In this document: piece after piece, positions 38,561 to 52,344 of the stretch | How positions within the stretch are numbered: the first letter of the stretch is position 1 | Layout: every line of letters begins with the position of its first letter | Origin: Macrostomum hystrix | Lineage: Eukaryota; Animalia; Platyhelminthes | Length of the DNA stretch: 64,000 bases | Assembly (NCBI GenBank): GCA_950097015.1 | Contig: CATNEN010000039.1 | Span: 14,136,001-14,200,000, forward strand | Reading direction: 5' to 3' | Notes under the pieces: generated by a model | Told to the model about the DNA's origin: nothing | The model's database searches: none | The model's input: the letters and a program-made list of their open reading frames with translations, nothing else | Program-made: the position numbers and the translations under genes

Positions 38561-41500
38561 TTGCTAGGCAAAAGTGAATTAAAAGTTTCACCTTTATTTT
38601 CAAAATTAAATAAACCGCTTTGCATCCATCACTACTGACTGACAATTAATTTAAATGATTTGACGCAGTGCAGAGTCGAACCAGGGACACTTCGCCTAGC
38701 CTAACCTAACCCATTCCTAGTGCCTACACATCGGCTACTCCGGACTGTTGGATTGTGGATGCAAAAATTAGCCTTATAAAATGAATTCTTAAAGTTCTGG
38801 CTTTGTACAATGAAGTAAGAAAATAGAGTAAACTTAGTCTCGCGGTTGGTTGTGTACCTTTATTTCAAATTTGTGTCCAGATCGTGCAGGCTTTCAACTC
38901 AGGCAGCTAGAGGGTTTGTCACAAGTTGACGACGCAATTCCAATTCAGCGGCAGTCAGTGAAATTCTAAATAGGCGAAGATGGTTTGACCCTTGAAAATA
39001 TGGGCAAAAAATCATGTTTTTCGAACTTTTATCCCATTTAGAATGCAGCAATTTCTTAGCAAAAAGTTGTGTACCGTTGCTGAAACATTTGGCATCTTTT
39101 GGCGAAAGAATGGTGAAAATCGGTTCAGCCGTTTTTTATAATCAGGGATTGAATGTAGAAATGTACACACTGTAGAACAGGAAAGCGCTGAGGCAGTGGG
39201 CCTGCCTCGGACAACAGATAACAGAAGCCAGCTCAGCCTGTACACATTTGGGCAGTAATTATTGTAACTATCTCGCCAGTGGGGTTGACACAGCTATGCA
39301 CATTTGGGTGAGAAATTTCTTATCAGTACGCTCGCCTAACAAAACTGGCTCTGATGCAATCATTAAAATTGGCACTGGAGCCTCACTGTGCACAAGTTGA
39401 ATAAATGAATCTGTAGTGTCAGCTTGTTTGCCCTTCTATCTCCCCGTGTTATTATTCAATACTTATTTTTAGACACGTGTATTTTGCTAAGAGTTCATCC
39501 ACGCCAAGCCGGGCCGGACCAGCTGGGGGAACGGACGCCCACCACCCCGCGAGCGCTACCCCTGGGCTACGGTCCCGGCCAATCAGCGAGCGACCCGGCC
39601 TCACTACCTGTCTACCCTCGGCAAGAAGCGACCCCGGGGCTCAGAACGGCGGTCGCAAGTCTACTGCGATTTGTCGCCTTGGCTCAAGCTACAGCCAGGC
39701 ATCCACCTCGCCGATCGACCTAATTTGGGGTTAAAATGACTATATAACGAAGCGTGTTTTTGTAGTCCAAATTATCTTTTTCTCCGCAATTCGCCTCACA
39801 CTGTGAGAAGCACGTGCAAATTATCGTTCTTCGCAATTCGCCTCACACTGTGAGAAGCACGTGCAACTAGTCCACTTGTTTTGTCCCTCCCCGCCCGACC
39901 ACACTCCGCTTGTTCAGTTAGGTAGCTTTCGGCGCTACGCGTCTTGAGAGTGCGCCGCTGACAAGGGTGGTCTAGATAGGCGCTTGTTGTCGAAGTCAGT
40001 ACGTGCTCTCTTCGGAGACTCCGCCGTCAGGCAGAAGGAGTGCCAACCGATAGGATCTGTCGGGGCAGCGCTGAAAGCAGAGACAACCGGAGCCTCTCGG
40101 GAAGAGTAGGCGCGGATGTAGGCCAGTTAAGTAAAAATTGTTATATCCAAATTGTTAGACCAGACTTTCTTCTCACTGTGAGCGCGCTATAATTTATTTC
40201 CGTGTGAACATCTATTCTGTCAGTATAACTTTAAGTCAAGTAAACTATATTCAGAGTAATTCCTATTCGTATCTGGAATCTTAGTCACAGCCGATTAACT
40301 CACTCCTAATCAATTTATTCGAGTCTTCGCGTTCATACTGTGTTATTCTTTTTCATTGGGAGTTTCGCCGGGCCGGAGGACGACACGGATCTCATCGCTT
40401 ATCTATTCCACTTCGCTCGCTACCAGTCTCTAACGCTATTTAATTCCAGATTTCCCTGCTGCTATTGAAACGATTGGTTGGACACCGACCCCGGTGAATA
40501 GTGAATAGTCGCTAGCTTCAAATTCCTCACGCTCCAGCTAGGACATTCATTTTATTACAAATCCATTGGAAAAGCCTATGTAAACCAGTTAATCCCCTTG
40601 GCAATGGAATTAAGCTTAATAAAAATACGTGTACTGATTCGGGACCATTTGACATATTTTGGTGAAGGAATTTTGAAAATCGGTTGAGCCGTTCGGAAGA
40701 TAGTTTGATTGCAAACATACAAACAAAGATACATACATAAATAAAATATTTTTGTTGCAGTTCTGAATCTGATAACGCCTGCAGCTATGCTCAAAAACTC
40801 TTTCCTTAGTTTTAGTATTGAATAAAACTTGCTGCTTCACTCGAAAATACTTATATTCTTTTCTGAGAGCGAGTACAGTAATAATAAAGCTAACAAATAT
40901 CTGCTTCGACAGTAGCTAACCAAAAGCGCTTATTATTTATACTCGAACCAAAAAAATTGCCAATAAAAAATACTAAAACAGTAACTTACGTTTTTAACTG
41001 TTGATGATAGAAGATTTGAAGAAAAAGAAGCAGTAACAAAGCTGATGCTGAATTTGGATCTGCATTCTGCAAAATAATAAAAGTACTTTACTTCGGAGCT
41101 AGATGAAAAGAAAGCGGCACAATGATCGAAGTCGAGACAAGGTTTGACAATAGAAAGGCTGCAGTTTTATGGATAGAAAGGAGGAGGAGAGGTCTCGCTA
41201 GCATTGAGCATCATAAAAGCCCAATCATGAAATCTGCTATGTACGTCTGAAATCACTCGATCAGCCAAGAGACAAATTTATAAACGTACGTACGGGTCGA
41301 AAAGCAGTGACGCAATCCTATTCAATTGAGAGTATCGGGCCCTGTTCAGTGCTATACCAATGCACGCGCGGGCGAGAAAAAGCACCGATGCAATCTAATA
41401 AAGCTGACAGTGTCCGGCCCTATTCTAATTTAACCTTGTTTGGCCTCCTATTGAAAGCAATAGGAAAACTCGTTTTTCGAATATTTAATATTGTTAGCAT

Positions 41501-41924
41501 TGAAGCAGACTAACGAAATTTTCAAGGTCTCATGCCAGTAAAATTTGTAATGTTTAGCAAAAAACGCGATCAAATTTGGTTGAGGCATTTAGCCTGTGTA
41601 TCGAAATTCCACAAACAGACAGACTTTAGAGATTTAAGTATAGTTGGATGGAGGATGGAGGATGGAGGATGGAGGATGGAGGATGGAGGAAGGAAGGATG
41701 GAGGATGGAGGAAGGATAAGATTGTCGATAAATATTGTCGATAATTTTCACGAATGCAGTTTAGCCATCAAAGAGCGGTTCTCTGACATAACGAATGCAT
41801 TTTTCTCCCCGCCTGATAAAAAAGTTATTTTTCCACTGGCTCCAAGCTATTCGAAAACGAAAAACTACGAGCTAAATTAGTAATTGATCCGCTTGCACCA
41901 CTCTCGAAATCAACAGCAACTTCA

Positions 41925-42003
41925 GCAGCACATGGACCCACACCTCCGCGCGGTGTGCTGTGGAGCCCTTCCCCGCATGGGGGAGAGCCTCGAAGTTGGG
42001 CTC
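41925..42003 (+). ncRNA. HDV-like self-cleaving ribozyme (predicted) at the 5' end of a LINE
   Basis: P1 GCAGCAC(41925-31)/GTGCTGT(41955-61) with G1.U wobble; P3 ACC/GGT; L3 TCCGCGC; P1.1 GG; P4 hairpin 41964-90; J4/2 CGAA; imperfect P2 GACCCAC/GTTGGGCTC. Folded by eye. Confidence 0.72.
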
Positions 42004-43125
42004 AAAACACTCGGAGCTGCAGTTACGACCGCGAAAGTCTTGAAGGCCGCGGTTATCGTCAACGACGAAGAATGGCGCAGACTAAAGCGCGCCGGCGAAA
42101 TCGAATCCAATCCAGGCCCGCAGTTGCGCATCGGCTTCAAACTCCAACTTAGGGCCAACCCTATCCGTTGTTCAGGCTGCGGCGGAGGTGCACACCAGAA
42201 ATGCACCAACCAACGTCCAGCAACATCAAATTGTGTCAGGCCGGCAGCAAATCCTGGCAGTGCACCGGCTGCTAATACGGCAACGCAGCTGGTCCAGTCA
42301 ACGCAGCTACGCAGAGGCTGCCGTGCAAAGCCTGCGGATCCACCATTCGGCAAGGACAGCGTGGCATCCAATGCCACGACTGTGGTATTAGTTACCACGG
42401 AAAGTGCGCGATGGCCAAGAATGGGTTTGCTTTGACTGCCGCGCAACCTGGCCCCTAGAAGACGACATGCAACCAAACGACCCCAACTTGGGCTCCCCGG
42501 AGAAGCCAAGGTGCCTCGACCCAGCGAAGGTGGAATCTCCCCAGCAGGACGCTGACGGCAGCATTCTCACGGTGATCTCCGAGACAGGTAACACCGATAA
42601 CAGCGACACGAGAAGCAGCAAAGTGACCCCGGGTAGCCACGAGGAAAAACCGAGCAACGAAGGCAACACCTCGACCCGCCCAACCGACACGCCCCAGAGC
42701 GGAGTCCGGTACCCATGCTGTGTCTGCAAAACGCATGTCGGAGGCAACGTGTGGAGTGTGCGCTGCAGCATTTCAGGAGCCTGGTGTCACCAGGGCTGCA
42801 GCAATCTCAACATTTGCGAATTTAAAGCCCGCAGCATGGCGGTAAATGCAGTCTCCAACTCGGACAATGACCAACGAGAACACGATGAGCACCCGGAGTA
42901 CAACCGTCCACGAAGCGACGTTAAAGCGCCATTGACGCGCCAAGTCAGGTGCGGCTACAAAGAATGCCACAAGCCCCTCAGGGCCGGACACGGCTTGGCC
43001 TGTCGAGACTGTAATCTCCGGGTGCACTAAATTTGCAGTTGAAAACTAATCGAACGCTGGACAGCTGGCGGTGCAGGTTCTGCGCCGCTAAACCGGAACC
43101 AGCAAAACCGGCAACCGGCCGCGGT
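41925..43125 (+). mobile_element. 5' end of an Ingi-like non-LTR retrotransposon (ribozyme, 2A-like peptide, PHD-like Cys/His fingers), degenerate
   Basis: LKRAGEIESNPGP at 42082-42120; repeated CxxC...HxxC...WxCxxC motifs across frameshifted ORFs 41884-43030. Confidence 0.72.
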
Positions 43126-44214
43126 GTGTTAAGTACTAAGCAAGTGTTAAGTACGGAGAACAAGTGTTAAGTACAAGTGTTAGTATTCCCCAGCAGGGGA
43201 ATATTTATCTATTCTATCTATCTAAACAAGAATATCTATTCTTATAGATTTTTATTTCCTTATGTGGAATTGTTAGAAACTAGAACACTTCCATTTTTTT
43301 TACTTTCACTTATTTTGACTACTACACATTGCTGAATATTCCAGGCCAACATGCAACCATTCAAAAAACAAGCTAAGAATTTGATAAAAATTAGTTTTGT
43401 AGTTTCAAGTGACAGTGAAGATGATACTCATGGGAGAGAAGACGTTGAAATGACTGAAAGAAATGATCAATCTGAGGATGAACAACCTGGTCAGGAAGCA
43501 AGCCTTCAAGCTAGTGGTAGTAACCAAACTAAAGACCAAGAACATTTGGACATACCAAGTTTGTTGCCATGTCGCTTATAATATTATAAGTCTATATATT
43601 TATTATGCTGTGATAAGGTGATCAACCATGAGTGTTGATTTTGATCTGACAGCAGAGAGGTTAACGTTCCCTTTACTTTATCCTCGTGCACGCCATACTC
43701 GAAACTTATTATCTTATTTTCAAAGCAATTACATGCAATAAATGCTTATTCCAAAGCAATCTTTACATCAAAATTATATCCCGCTCCATTTTATCTTAAC
43801 TAAAATATAGGCTTTCAATTCTATCGTGATTTGTGTTTGGCTCATTTTTTAAACGACCTCAAATTTAGTGAGGGTCACAATTAACCTTGAAACAATTGTG
43901 CGATATTTCGGATGCGTTGATAATGTACACTGTTTATGATATTTGTACATTAGACATATCAATCATACATGCCCTTAGTACGTAGACGCATAGCCTTATA
44001 GACGCCTGAAGCCAGAAGAAAGAGGAAAGCAGATAATGCAACTGGTTATCTGTACGTCATACAAAGACGTTAAAATTGCGTATCAGAATTAAGTATTGAG
44101 GACGTTAGGGAGACGAAAAAACGACCATGGGACGTATTATTTTCTCTCCAGGATACGTATCCAGGACATAACGATACGTTTAAATGCTGCCCGGGCTTGA
44201 ACAGCATTGGTGGC

Positions 44215-44690
44215 AAGATAGCCTGGTGTGGGTCCCAGGACACTGCGGACTGCCGGGTAACGAGGCTGCGGACACTCTAGCCAAAGAAGGCAGCTCGATG
44301 GACCAGGCCAACTCCCCGTGGCAGTGGACGCACCAGGCGGCAATCTACGCCCTGCGCAGAACGCTGGCGGACCACACCTGGACCCACAAACTGTCCGAAG
44401 AGACCTACGGAGGGCACACTATCAACAGGCGGCCAATGGCCAGCTGGACCAGGCGTGAGACCGTCGAGTACATCCATCTTCCGCACAGGTCACTCGCTAC
44501 AACTGCGAGCGTACGCACATAGAATCGGCCTGGCTGACAGCCCCAACTGTCGTCTCTGCGAGCAGACGGAAGACATCGAACATATTTGGCCGGATTGCCC
44601 GGCCCTAAACAACATCAGGCGCAGCAACAGCACCACGCATGCGGACATGGAGCAGCAGACCAGCGGAGTGCCGCATCATCGTCACTGATT
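44215..44690 (+). mobile_element. 3' end of an I/Ingi-group LINE (RNase H end and CCHC finger), possibly the same element as 41925
   Basis: WVPGHCGLPGNEAADTLAKEG; RTGHS; CRLCEQTEDIEHIWPDCP; followed by CATCA-rich tail-like repeats. Confidence 0.82.
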
Positions 44691-44807
44691 CGTCACTCCC
44701 AGCATCACTAACAGAAACTCTCATATCATCACTCCCAGCATCACCACTCACAGCATTATCACTCCCAGCATCACTCATATCATCACCCCAGCATCATCAC
44801 TTCCATG

Positions 44808-45398
44808 AGCAGGCACAAGAGAAGCAGCAACAGCACCACGGGCAGGGACAACAGAAGCAGCAACAGCACCACGGGCAGGGACAACAGAAGCAGCAACAGC
44901 ACCACGGGCAGGCACAAGAGAAGCAGCAACAGCACCACGGGCAGGCACAACAGAAGCAGCAACAGCACCACGGGCAGGCACAAGAGAAGCAGCAACAGCA
45001 CCACGGGCAGGCACAACAGAAGCAGCAACAGCACCACGGGCAGGCACAACAGAAGCAGCAACAGCACCACGGGCAGGCACAACAGAAGCAGCAACAGCAC
45101 CACGGGCAGGCACAACAGAAGCAGCAACAGCACCACGGGCAGGCACAAGAGAAGCAGCAACAACACCACGGGCAGGCACAACAGAAGCAGCAACAGCACC
45201 ACGGGCAGGCACAACAGAAGCAGCAACAGCACCACGGGCAGGCACAACAGAAGCAGCAACAGCACCACGGGCAGGGACAACAGAAGCAGCAACAGCACCA
45301 CGGGCAGGCACAACAGAAGCAGCAACAGCACCACGGGCAGGCACAACAGAAGCAGCAACAGCACCACGGGCAGGCACAACAGAAGCAGCAACAGCACC
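44808..45398. repeat. 33-bp minisatellite (GGGCAGGCACAACAGAAGCAGCAACAGCACCAC)
   Basis: About 18 units; stop-free in several frames. Confidence 0.95.
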
Positions 45399-45860
45399 AA
45401 ATAGCCTTGTTAATATATAGTCTCAAAAAGTTACGGCTGCATGCAATGTCGCTGCAATCGATAATTATGTAAATTAGTATACCTAATTAGTGTAATGCTC
45501 ATTGCCTTCACTGCTCAGCTAATTTGTGCCTCTCTCGTGCTTCTTTGTTCGTGCTTTGGGGGCACAAAATGACTACTTTCAACATCAAGTCAGGTTTAAC
45601 TGATCATTGTGCGGCTTGCACGGAGTGTTAAAAAATAATTCGGATTTCAGACATATATAATTTGTCATAAAATATGAAAAGCCTGACATGCTTGAGATTT
45701 GCAACGGAAATCGGTCAGTTTTTGTTATTGAGTTGAGACTTTTAGCGCACAGCACATTTCAGCACATTTTCAGACAGAACTTTCAATACATTCAATACAT
45801 TAACACATAAAAATAAAATTCAAAAGAAAAATAAAAATATCAACAGCAAAACCAACGGCG

Positions 45861-46670
45861 CTAAATAAACAGCGCAAGCAGCATCGTGCAGCCCAGCAGT
45901 ACGGATACGAACAGCCAATTCGGGTGCCTAGCATCCGCGGCAGTCGCGGTTGCAGGCGGAGGGTATAACATTCGTAATGTGATACAATCAGATTTTTTTG
46001 CGTTTGGTCTACATTCGTAGCGTTCAAAATTGTATGTGGTGTTATGATATTCACCATATAGTTTGTTGAGTGCACGTTCACAGCCGATAATGGTTACGCT
46101 TTTTCGCTCAGATTTAGCAAAAAATTTAAGGCACATTTCTGATGGACGGCAAAAAATTTCAGTAGGTTTTATAGTAGGTATTCGGCCGGAATGTTTCGTG
46201 TTGGCAAGGCATGGCACCAGATCACGTTCTAGATCGTTGTTCAAGTTAAATACACTCGCTTTATTGCATTTTTCACCCGTGCAGTCTTTGCAATATTTTG
46301 TGGCAAGACAAGCGCCGCAACCATATCTCAGTAGCTAGAAAAAGTTTCCGCAAAGGGCAAAATTTTTAGGGCAAACTGTTGCTTTATGATTTCGAATTGA
46401 TATGCTAATTAAATTATTTTAATTCATTCGGTCGCTCACCACTTGGCCTTTAGTTGGATCATCGCTCACCACTTCGGTTATATATGAACTTTCAGGATCA
46501 TATTCCACCAAACACTTGTCTTCCGTACAACCCAAATATAATTCGGCTTGCTTATATAAATGAAATGATGTTTTTTTTCCATCCGACGACAAACAAAAAA
46601 TACAATCAGCCAGCTGAATGCCTCCAAGTGCAAGAAACACGCCAATAATAACCAGCTTCATAGTCGTCAT
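45861..46670 (-). CDS. Paralogue D of the LU-like family, nearly stalkless, probably GPI-anchored; exon 1 46670-46470 (or -46440), exon 2 46334-45861 (224 or 234 aa)
   Basis: Same signal peptide, intron and Cys frame; one stalk unit; TGG-to-TAG change ends the protein right after the hydrophobic segment. Confidence 0.86.
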
Positions 46671-47114
46671 GATTGCCAGCTTCGATTCCGAATAGCCCAG
46701 TTAGATTTGGTCGATTAGCTGGCAGGTGGCAGTTGAACTGCAGTCAATTCTTGATCAGATTTTCAACGGCTGAGTAGAATCGGCCAGAATGCTCAGTCGA
46801 GTGTTGTCAGTTGTTGGATTCGATTCTTCGTTTCGGGCCGCTGCCCCTATAATATGCTGCAGAAAATGCAGGTGCGAGCCGGCTCGGTCTAAAGCAGCGC
46901 TGGCTGACACAGGGGTGCCCGCCTTTTGTCTATGGCAAATTTCAGCTCTACTTTGCTTTTTTCGTGCATGACTTTTCTGAGATGAACTTTTGTGTTGTAC
47001 TATTAGAAATCTTTCTAGCTTATTGGAGTTTCTCTCTAACAAAGAAGTATTGCACTTTACAAGCATGGAATGAATGCTTCCCATGGGCCCATATTTGACA
47101 GGCTTTTTAGACAA

Positions 47115-48014
47115 AGTGAGCTAGTGTTATAGGTGGAAATTAACTATCCCACCGCTGTTTCCAAAGTTGTTATAGGGCGATTTTCTTTGTTATGTATTTA
47201 TCTCAATGATGCCACCAAAGTTGTACCAGCTGGTCTTTACTTCTTAAGGTAGCATCTAATTTCACCGAATGCTACCAAAGTAGTTGCAGGGCAAAATTAT
47301 TAATTAAGATCCCACCGCTGTTGACTTAATTTAATAGATATTTAACTGGCAGTCCTTAAATGGGCCGTTTTAACTTCTCAAATGGTAGCGTATATGTTTG
47401 CACGAGCGGTAATTAGGCAACTGTATGCGTTTCCAGTCAATTAGGCGTCCCCGAGATTAGAGTTTAGCAGTTTCCCTTCTGTAATATTCTTAGTATAATT
47501 CTTAGTATAATTCTGAGTATGGTTCTGAGTATGGTTCTGATCGTATGGTTCTGAGTATGGTTCTGATCGTATGGTTCTGAGTATGGTTCTGAGTATAGTT
47601 CTCAATATTCTCCTCTCTTATAAAATGAACAACGCAATACACTCCTTTCACAAGGCACTCTTTTTTATGTCTTGAACACACTTATGATTCTGACTCTTAA
47701 AGCACTGTAAAGCAAGTAGCCAGCGAATAGCGCCTTCGAACGGCCTCCTTTATTTTTGGTCACAGATTGCGGCTATTTATATACAGTAAAACTTAGTGTT
47801 TGTTTAAATTGAAACATTTTACATAATAATATTTACACGGTAGAAAGTAAAACAAAATATTTATATACAGTATTATTTTTTTATGACGGTAAAAAGTAAA
47901 ACAAAATATTTTTTGGCGCATTTTTGATTTTTTTATTTTTACTAATTTTATAATGTAAGAAATGATAAAACGTATATACAAAAATGAAAACCTTTAAAAC
48001 ACACTACCACACTA
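47115..48014. mobile_element. ~900-bp unclassified insertion in the upstream module of copy D
   Basis: Absent from the homologous upstream DNA of copies A and E; short CTAGTG...CACTAG inverted ends. Confidence 0.5.
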
Positions 48015-50052
48015 GGTTAAGGAAAACTAGTTACTTTTCTTCAATCACATCAAATCGTTCTTTCTCAGATTCCTCCGCACCTCAGATCCCACATCCTATA
48101 CCACAGATCCCAGATCCCAGAAAATGTTCAGCAGACTATAAGATAAATTAAGGCTTCAACAACGATGACTCGTAAATTTGTTAATTGACTATAATCTGCC
48201 ACCAAACGCTGAGCGCGAAAACAACTCTTTAACTATTATAAGTCAGCATTCCACATTTATTAAAGCTTCAGTGCGGCCAACCTCAAAGCAAAATTGGGGT
48301 GGGGCAGGCGGGGTAGGCTGACTGATGGACTTGCGTACATATACAGTACAAAAGAGAGATAAGCCTTCACAACATACCCCTTCCTGGTAGCATTCTATCA
48401 GGAAAAAACTAGCAGATTTCGCAGATAACGCTGACACCTAAAACTTGAAAAAAGCAAAATGATTGTGAATGAGATACCGATAAGTCAACCTGCTAATACA
48501 GTAGCTCTGATGAGAACTTGAAAAACTTATTGAAAAAACACGACTAGCAAAGGGTTACGCATTAAGAAAAGTGGCTGCAATCGAAAGGAAAAATATGCTG
48601 TGTACGAATTGAATTGACGCATTGACGAATACGCGCTAGCCGTTTCATCAGAAATAATGATTAAGAAGCGGACTCGCGCAAAAAACATCTCAAAAAACTG
48701 CCATCAGCAAAACCTGGAAGCCAAACGCATACAACTAGCGAAATAGGCCAAAAAACGAAACTAGATTGAAGGTGTGCCACCTTAGCAGGTCGAAGTGCAT
48801 TAATTGCTCAATATTTCGAAATTATTTTTTACTTCTGATTATGTCACCCAATAAAATGAACAAAAAACTTAATAAATATTCCAAAACTTAGCGGCCTTTG
48901 TACTGAGGATACTCACTGAAGCACTTTAATAGAGCAGACTACTGCATCATTGACTCCTGTATCAAAATCTTGATGAGCGCTAATATCTCCTTGACTGACT
49001 GACAGCCGAATGTGGGACCCACATATGGAGGGAGGGTGAATTTTTGTTTTTATTAGGGAACAAAATAAACAAAATTAAAACAGCGGGAGGGAGCGCGGAG
49101 AATCGGAGAGTGAGAGAGACAGTATGAGATCTATCTACCTATCTAGATCTATCTATGCCCATCTGTCAAAAAACGTAAAACATAATTAAAGGAAAGATTT
49201 ATCCAAACAGCACTTGTTTTGTACATGCAACAACACGAATGGGCAGACACACACATTAGCAGTGCCGTCAAGCCACGTTACCATATATATTATGTTGTGT
49301 TACTTCAGTACGTAGGGTATAATTAATGGGACTGAAAACATATCTGTTATTTCCTAAGCAACGTATCTTTAAAATGCATATAATAAATCTACTAATTTTA
49401 CGTTGCGAGAATGTACTAATGTACCAGCGATTATTGACACTTTCATATAGTACAAAATTAGGATTGATGATGACAGACTGAAATGCGTTGCACTTTAAAA
49501 AGTACTCGCCCACTTCAAAGTACGCACTTTAAATGAATACCAGAGTACTCTATTGCTACGTATGCTTCACCTATCCTTAGTATAGGTACAAAGTCATTAT
49601 TTCATTTACAGCAAGTCACGTGACCTGGCCTGAGGTGTACAACGCATCGTGCAATGCCAGCGAACATACACTCAAATTAAAGCACTTTTTAAATGCTAAT
49701 TATTGACACCACACTGAGGGCCTAGCGTAGCATCATTAATAAATGGCAGCGTGAAATATAGCAAAAAAACGCATAACACCGGAACCTCGTAATTCGGTAA
49801 ATGCTATTAGCGTAAAAATACGAATTTTCGCACACTAACGAAGATAGCAGTCATCTGTACGTGTTTACTGGGCACAATAGTGCTCTTGGAAGCTAAGAAC
49901 CTCATAGCGAAAATCAATAAATTTTTCACCCTATGTGTGCTCATATGGGTTGTTTTTGCACAAAATCACGTTTTTCGATTTTAAAAGTCAATTATAACAA
50001 AATTTTGCAACTGACAGACGTGAATATCATTTTTTCTGAGACTAGTCATCTA

Positions 50053-50819
50053 CCGGGTGGCCCATGCGTTTAAGGACAACTTAAAAATAATAAAATGTAT
50101 ATACATTTTTTTATAAAAACAACCAACAAACGAAAACTTTAACATTTTAACTGACCGCCATAATGTCTAGATGGCAACTAAAAATAACATTTACTCAATG
50201 TAGCCCCCCTCCGCTGCATACACGGCTTCAATGCGAGACCGAAACTTGGTACAGGCACCTCTGATGACGGCAGGGCCCTGAGCTGACCAGGCAGCACTAA
50301 CAGCAACTTGGAGAGTCTCCACGGTAGCATAAGTTGTTAAACATGCAACGCGGGCCACGTTGTTCCACACAAAGTAATCGAGAGGGGAACAGTCTGGACT
50401 CGATGGTGGCCAAGTGGTCGCATCCCAGAAGTCCTCGCCGAGCTCCCGGCGAAGAAATTCTTGAGTAGCGACAGCCGTGTGGGCAGGAGCGCCGTCCTGC
50501 TGAAAAACAAACGTACCTGGGGCAAAGTTGTGTCGAATCCATGGCAGTACATGATCCTGCAGCATGCGGATGTACTCAGCTGAGTTGATTTTCACTCCAG
50601 CTGGTACCTGTGCTGGGCTTATACCCCGCGCGAGCTGGTCTACCACCATCAAACGTTTAGCGCGATTCATGGCTAATGCTAAGTTGCCGAAAATTTTCGC
50701 GGCAGCTACAGACTATCTAGATACTATTTTGTCTATGACCAAAACTATTATGCTCTAGCTACCGCTGGCTTTGCTTTCTTCTATTTTTAAGGTTGTCCTT
50801 AAACGCATGGGCCACCCGG
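50053..50819 (-). mobile_element. Deleted Tc1/mariner-superfamily element, maT (DD37D)-like
   Basis: TIR CCGGGTGGCCCATGCGTTTAAGGACAAC; TA TSD; FQQDGAPAHT...WPPSSPDCSPLDYFVW. Confidence 0.92.
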
Positions 50820-52344
50820 TAGGTGTTTCTAATAAGTACAAATTTTGGCTCATTCTTACGCTTCACCTATCCTTAGTATAGGTACAAAGTCATTATTTCA
50901 TTTCCAGCAAGTCACGTGACCTGACCTGAGGTTTACAACGCATCGTGCAATGACAGCGAACATACATTCAAATTAAAGTACATCTAAAATGTAGTTCAAT
51001 GACACCAAGTGCGTCGCGCTCCGGTAATCCGCTCAAAAGTTACAGGCTAAAAAGTATGTTCGATATGCAAGCCCCCCGTACCGTCGTTAAAGTACATTTC
51101 TGTACCGGCAGCGACTTCAATAAACTAAGACGAAATTTCAAGATATACATATTGTGCGCAATTTAGTTGTGCACCTTGCCTAAAAAGTCTGATTTTCCTA
51201 GCATGTCGTCGTTTCTTATTTTTTGTACATTTGTATCATGAAAAATGCATAAAAATAGCCTAAATCACGTTTATCGACTTTAGCAGTGTATGGCTCAGAG
51301 TCAGTGCAACGAAACGGCTCAAAATGTATTATAAACATGTATATCTTACCAAAATGACCGCATTCATGTACTTTTTAGAGTCTCGCAACAAGGTTGAATT
51401 TCCTTTATTTCGGTTCGAATACCTACCCGTCGAATATTCGAATGTAATTAACAGGTGCGAATGTACAGTTAAAGTAAGTATCTTGGTTAAAGTCGTGCGT
51501 CATGTAAGAGTCCCAGGTGCCATCGTTAGAATGACAGTTGAAAGTTGATAAAAATGCGCATTTTTTGACACTTAAAAAACACACTTTTACAGAATTACCT
51601 ATCAAGGTAAGCATTTAGCGGAAAATAACCAATCAGTGTCTTGAAGGTCTGAAAATTCGCCAAAAGTTGGGTTCAATCAGTTTTTGACTCCATATTGTGA
51701 ATCCTTATTTTTTGAGATTCAAGATTTCGACGGGTCTAAAAAAGTCACTTTTTTGTTGCCATGGCAACCAAGACGCGTTGCTATGGAACTTTCACGTCGC
51801 TCATCTTGTAGCCCTAAATGTTTTACGTCCATAGAGGGGTCACACATGGTTTCATCTCAAGTGGTTTTAATTCTGCATCAATTTTAGTTTCTAAAACGTT
51901 GATTTTACGTTGGGGGAGTCTCAAGCACATCTTATCTCGGTCTCGTTTGTCCGAAAAAATTGCCGTTTTTTTTCCAGAACAATTTTTTTTTGTTTTTTTC
52001 CAAGGCAATTTTTCCGGACTGCACTTCGACCTAACTAGGTCGAAGCACATAACTACGAGTAGTAACAAGCAATGCGACCAAAGACAAGCAGACAGGCAGC
52101 AGCGAACCCGCAAAAAGCTTCTTAAAAACTTTCAACAAACCAAACGCCTCGCATCTCTGAAAAATTCCACTAATTTTCTAAAAAAACTGCTTATAGGCAT
52201 TTCGCGTCCTTAAACAAACGTAACTAAGAAAATATATTGAAAAAAAATATTTAATTTTTGTGAGAACTAAGAGCGCATAGCCCGAAAAAAATTAAATTAA
52301 TTAGAAGCATCCTATACTGTAAAGTGTGCAAACGCACAACCAAA

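Noticed and set aside
38990-41645. Helitron/DINE-like fragments (GAAAATCGGTTSAGCCGTT at ~39115 and ~40676) and a GC-rich block at 39490-39730
   Set aside because: No termini, TSD or coding motif could be pinned down
49564-50980. ~120-bp direct repeat (49564-49682 and 50860-50978) as possible LTRs
   Set aside because: No TG..CA ends, PBS or TSD; probably an internal duplication in a non-autonomous element
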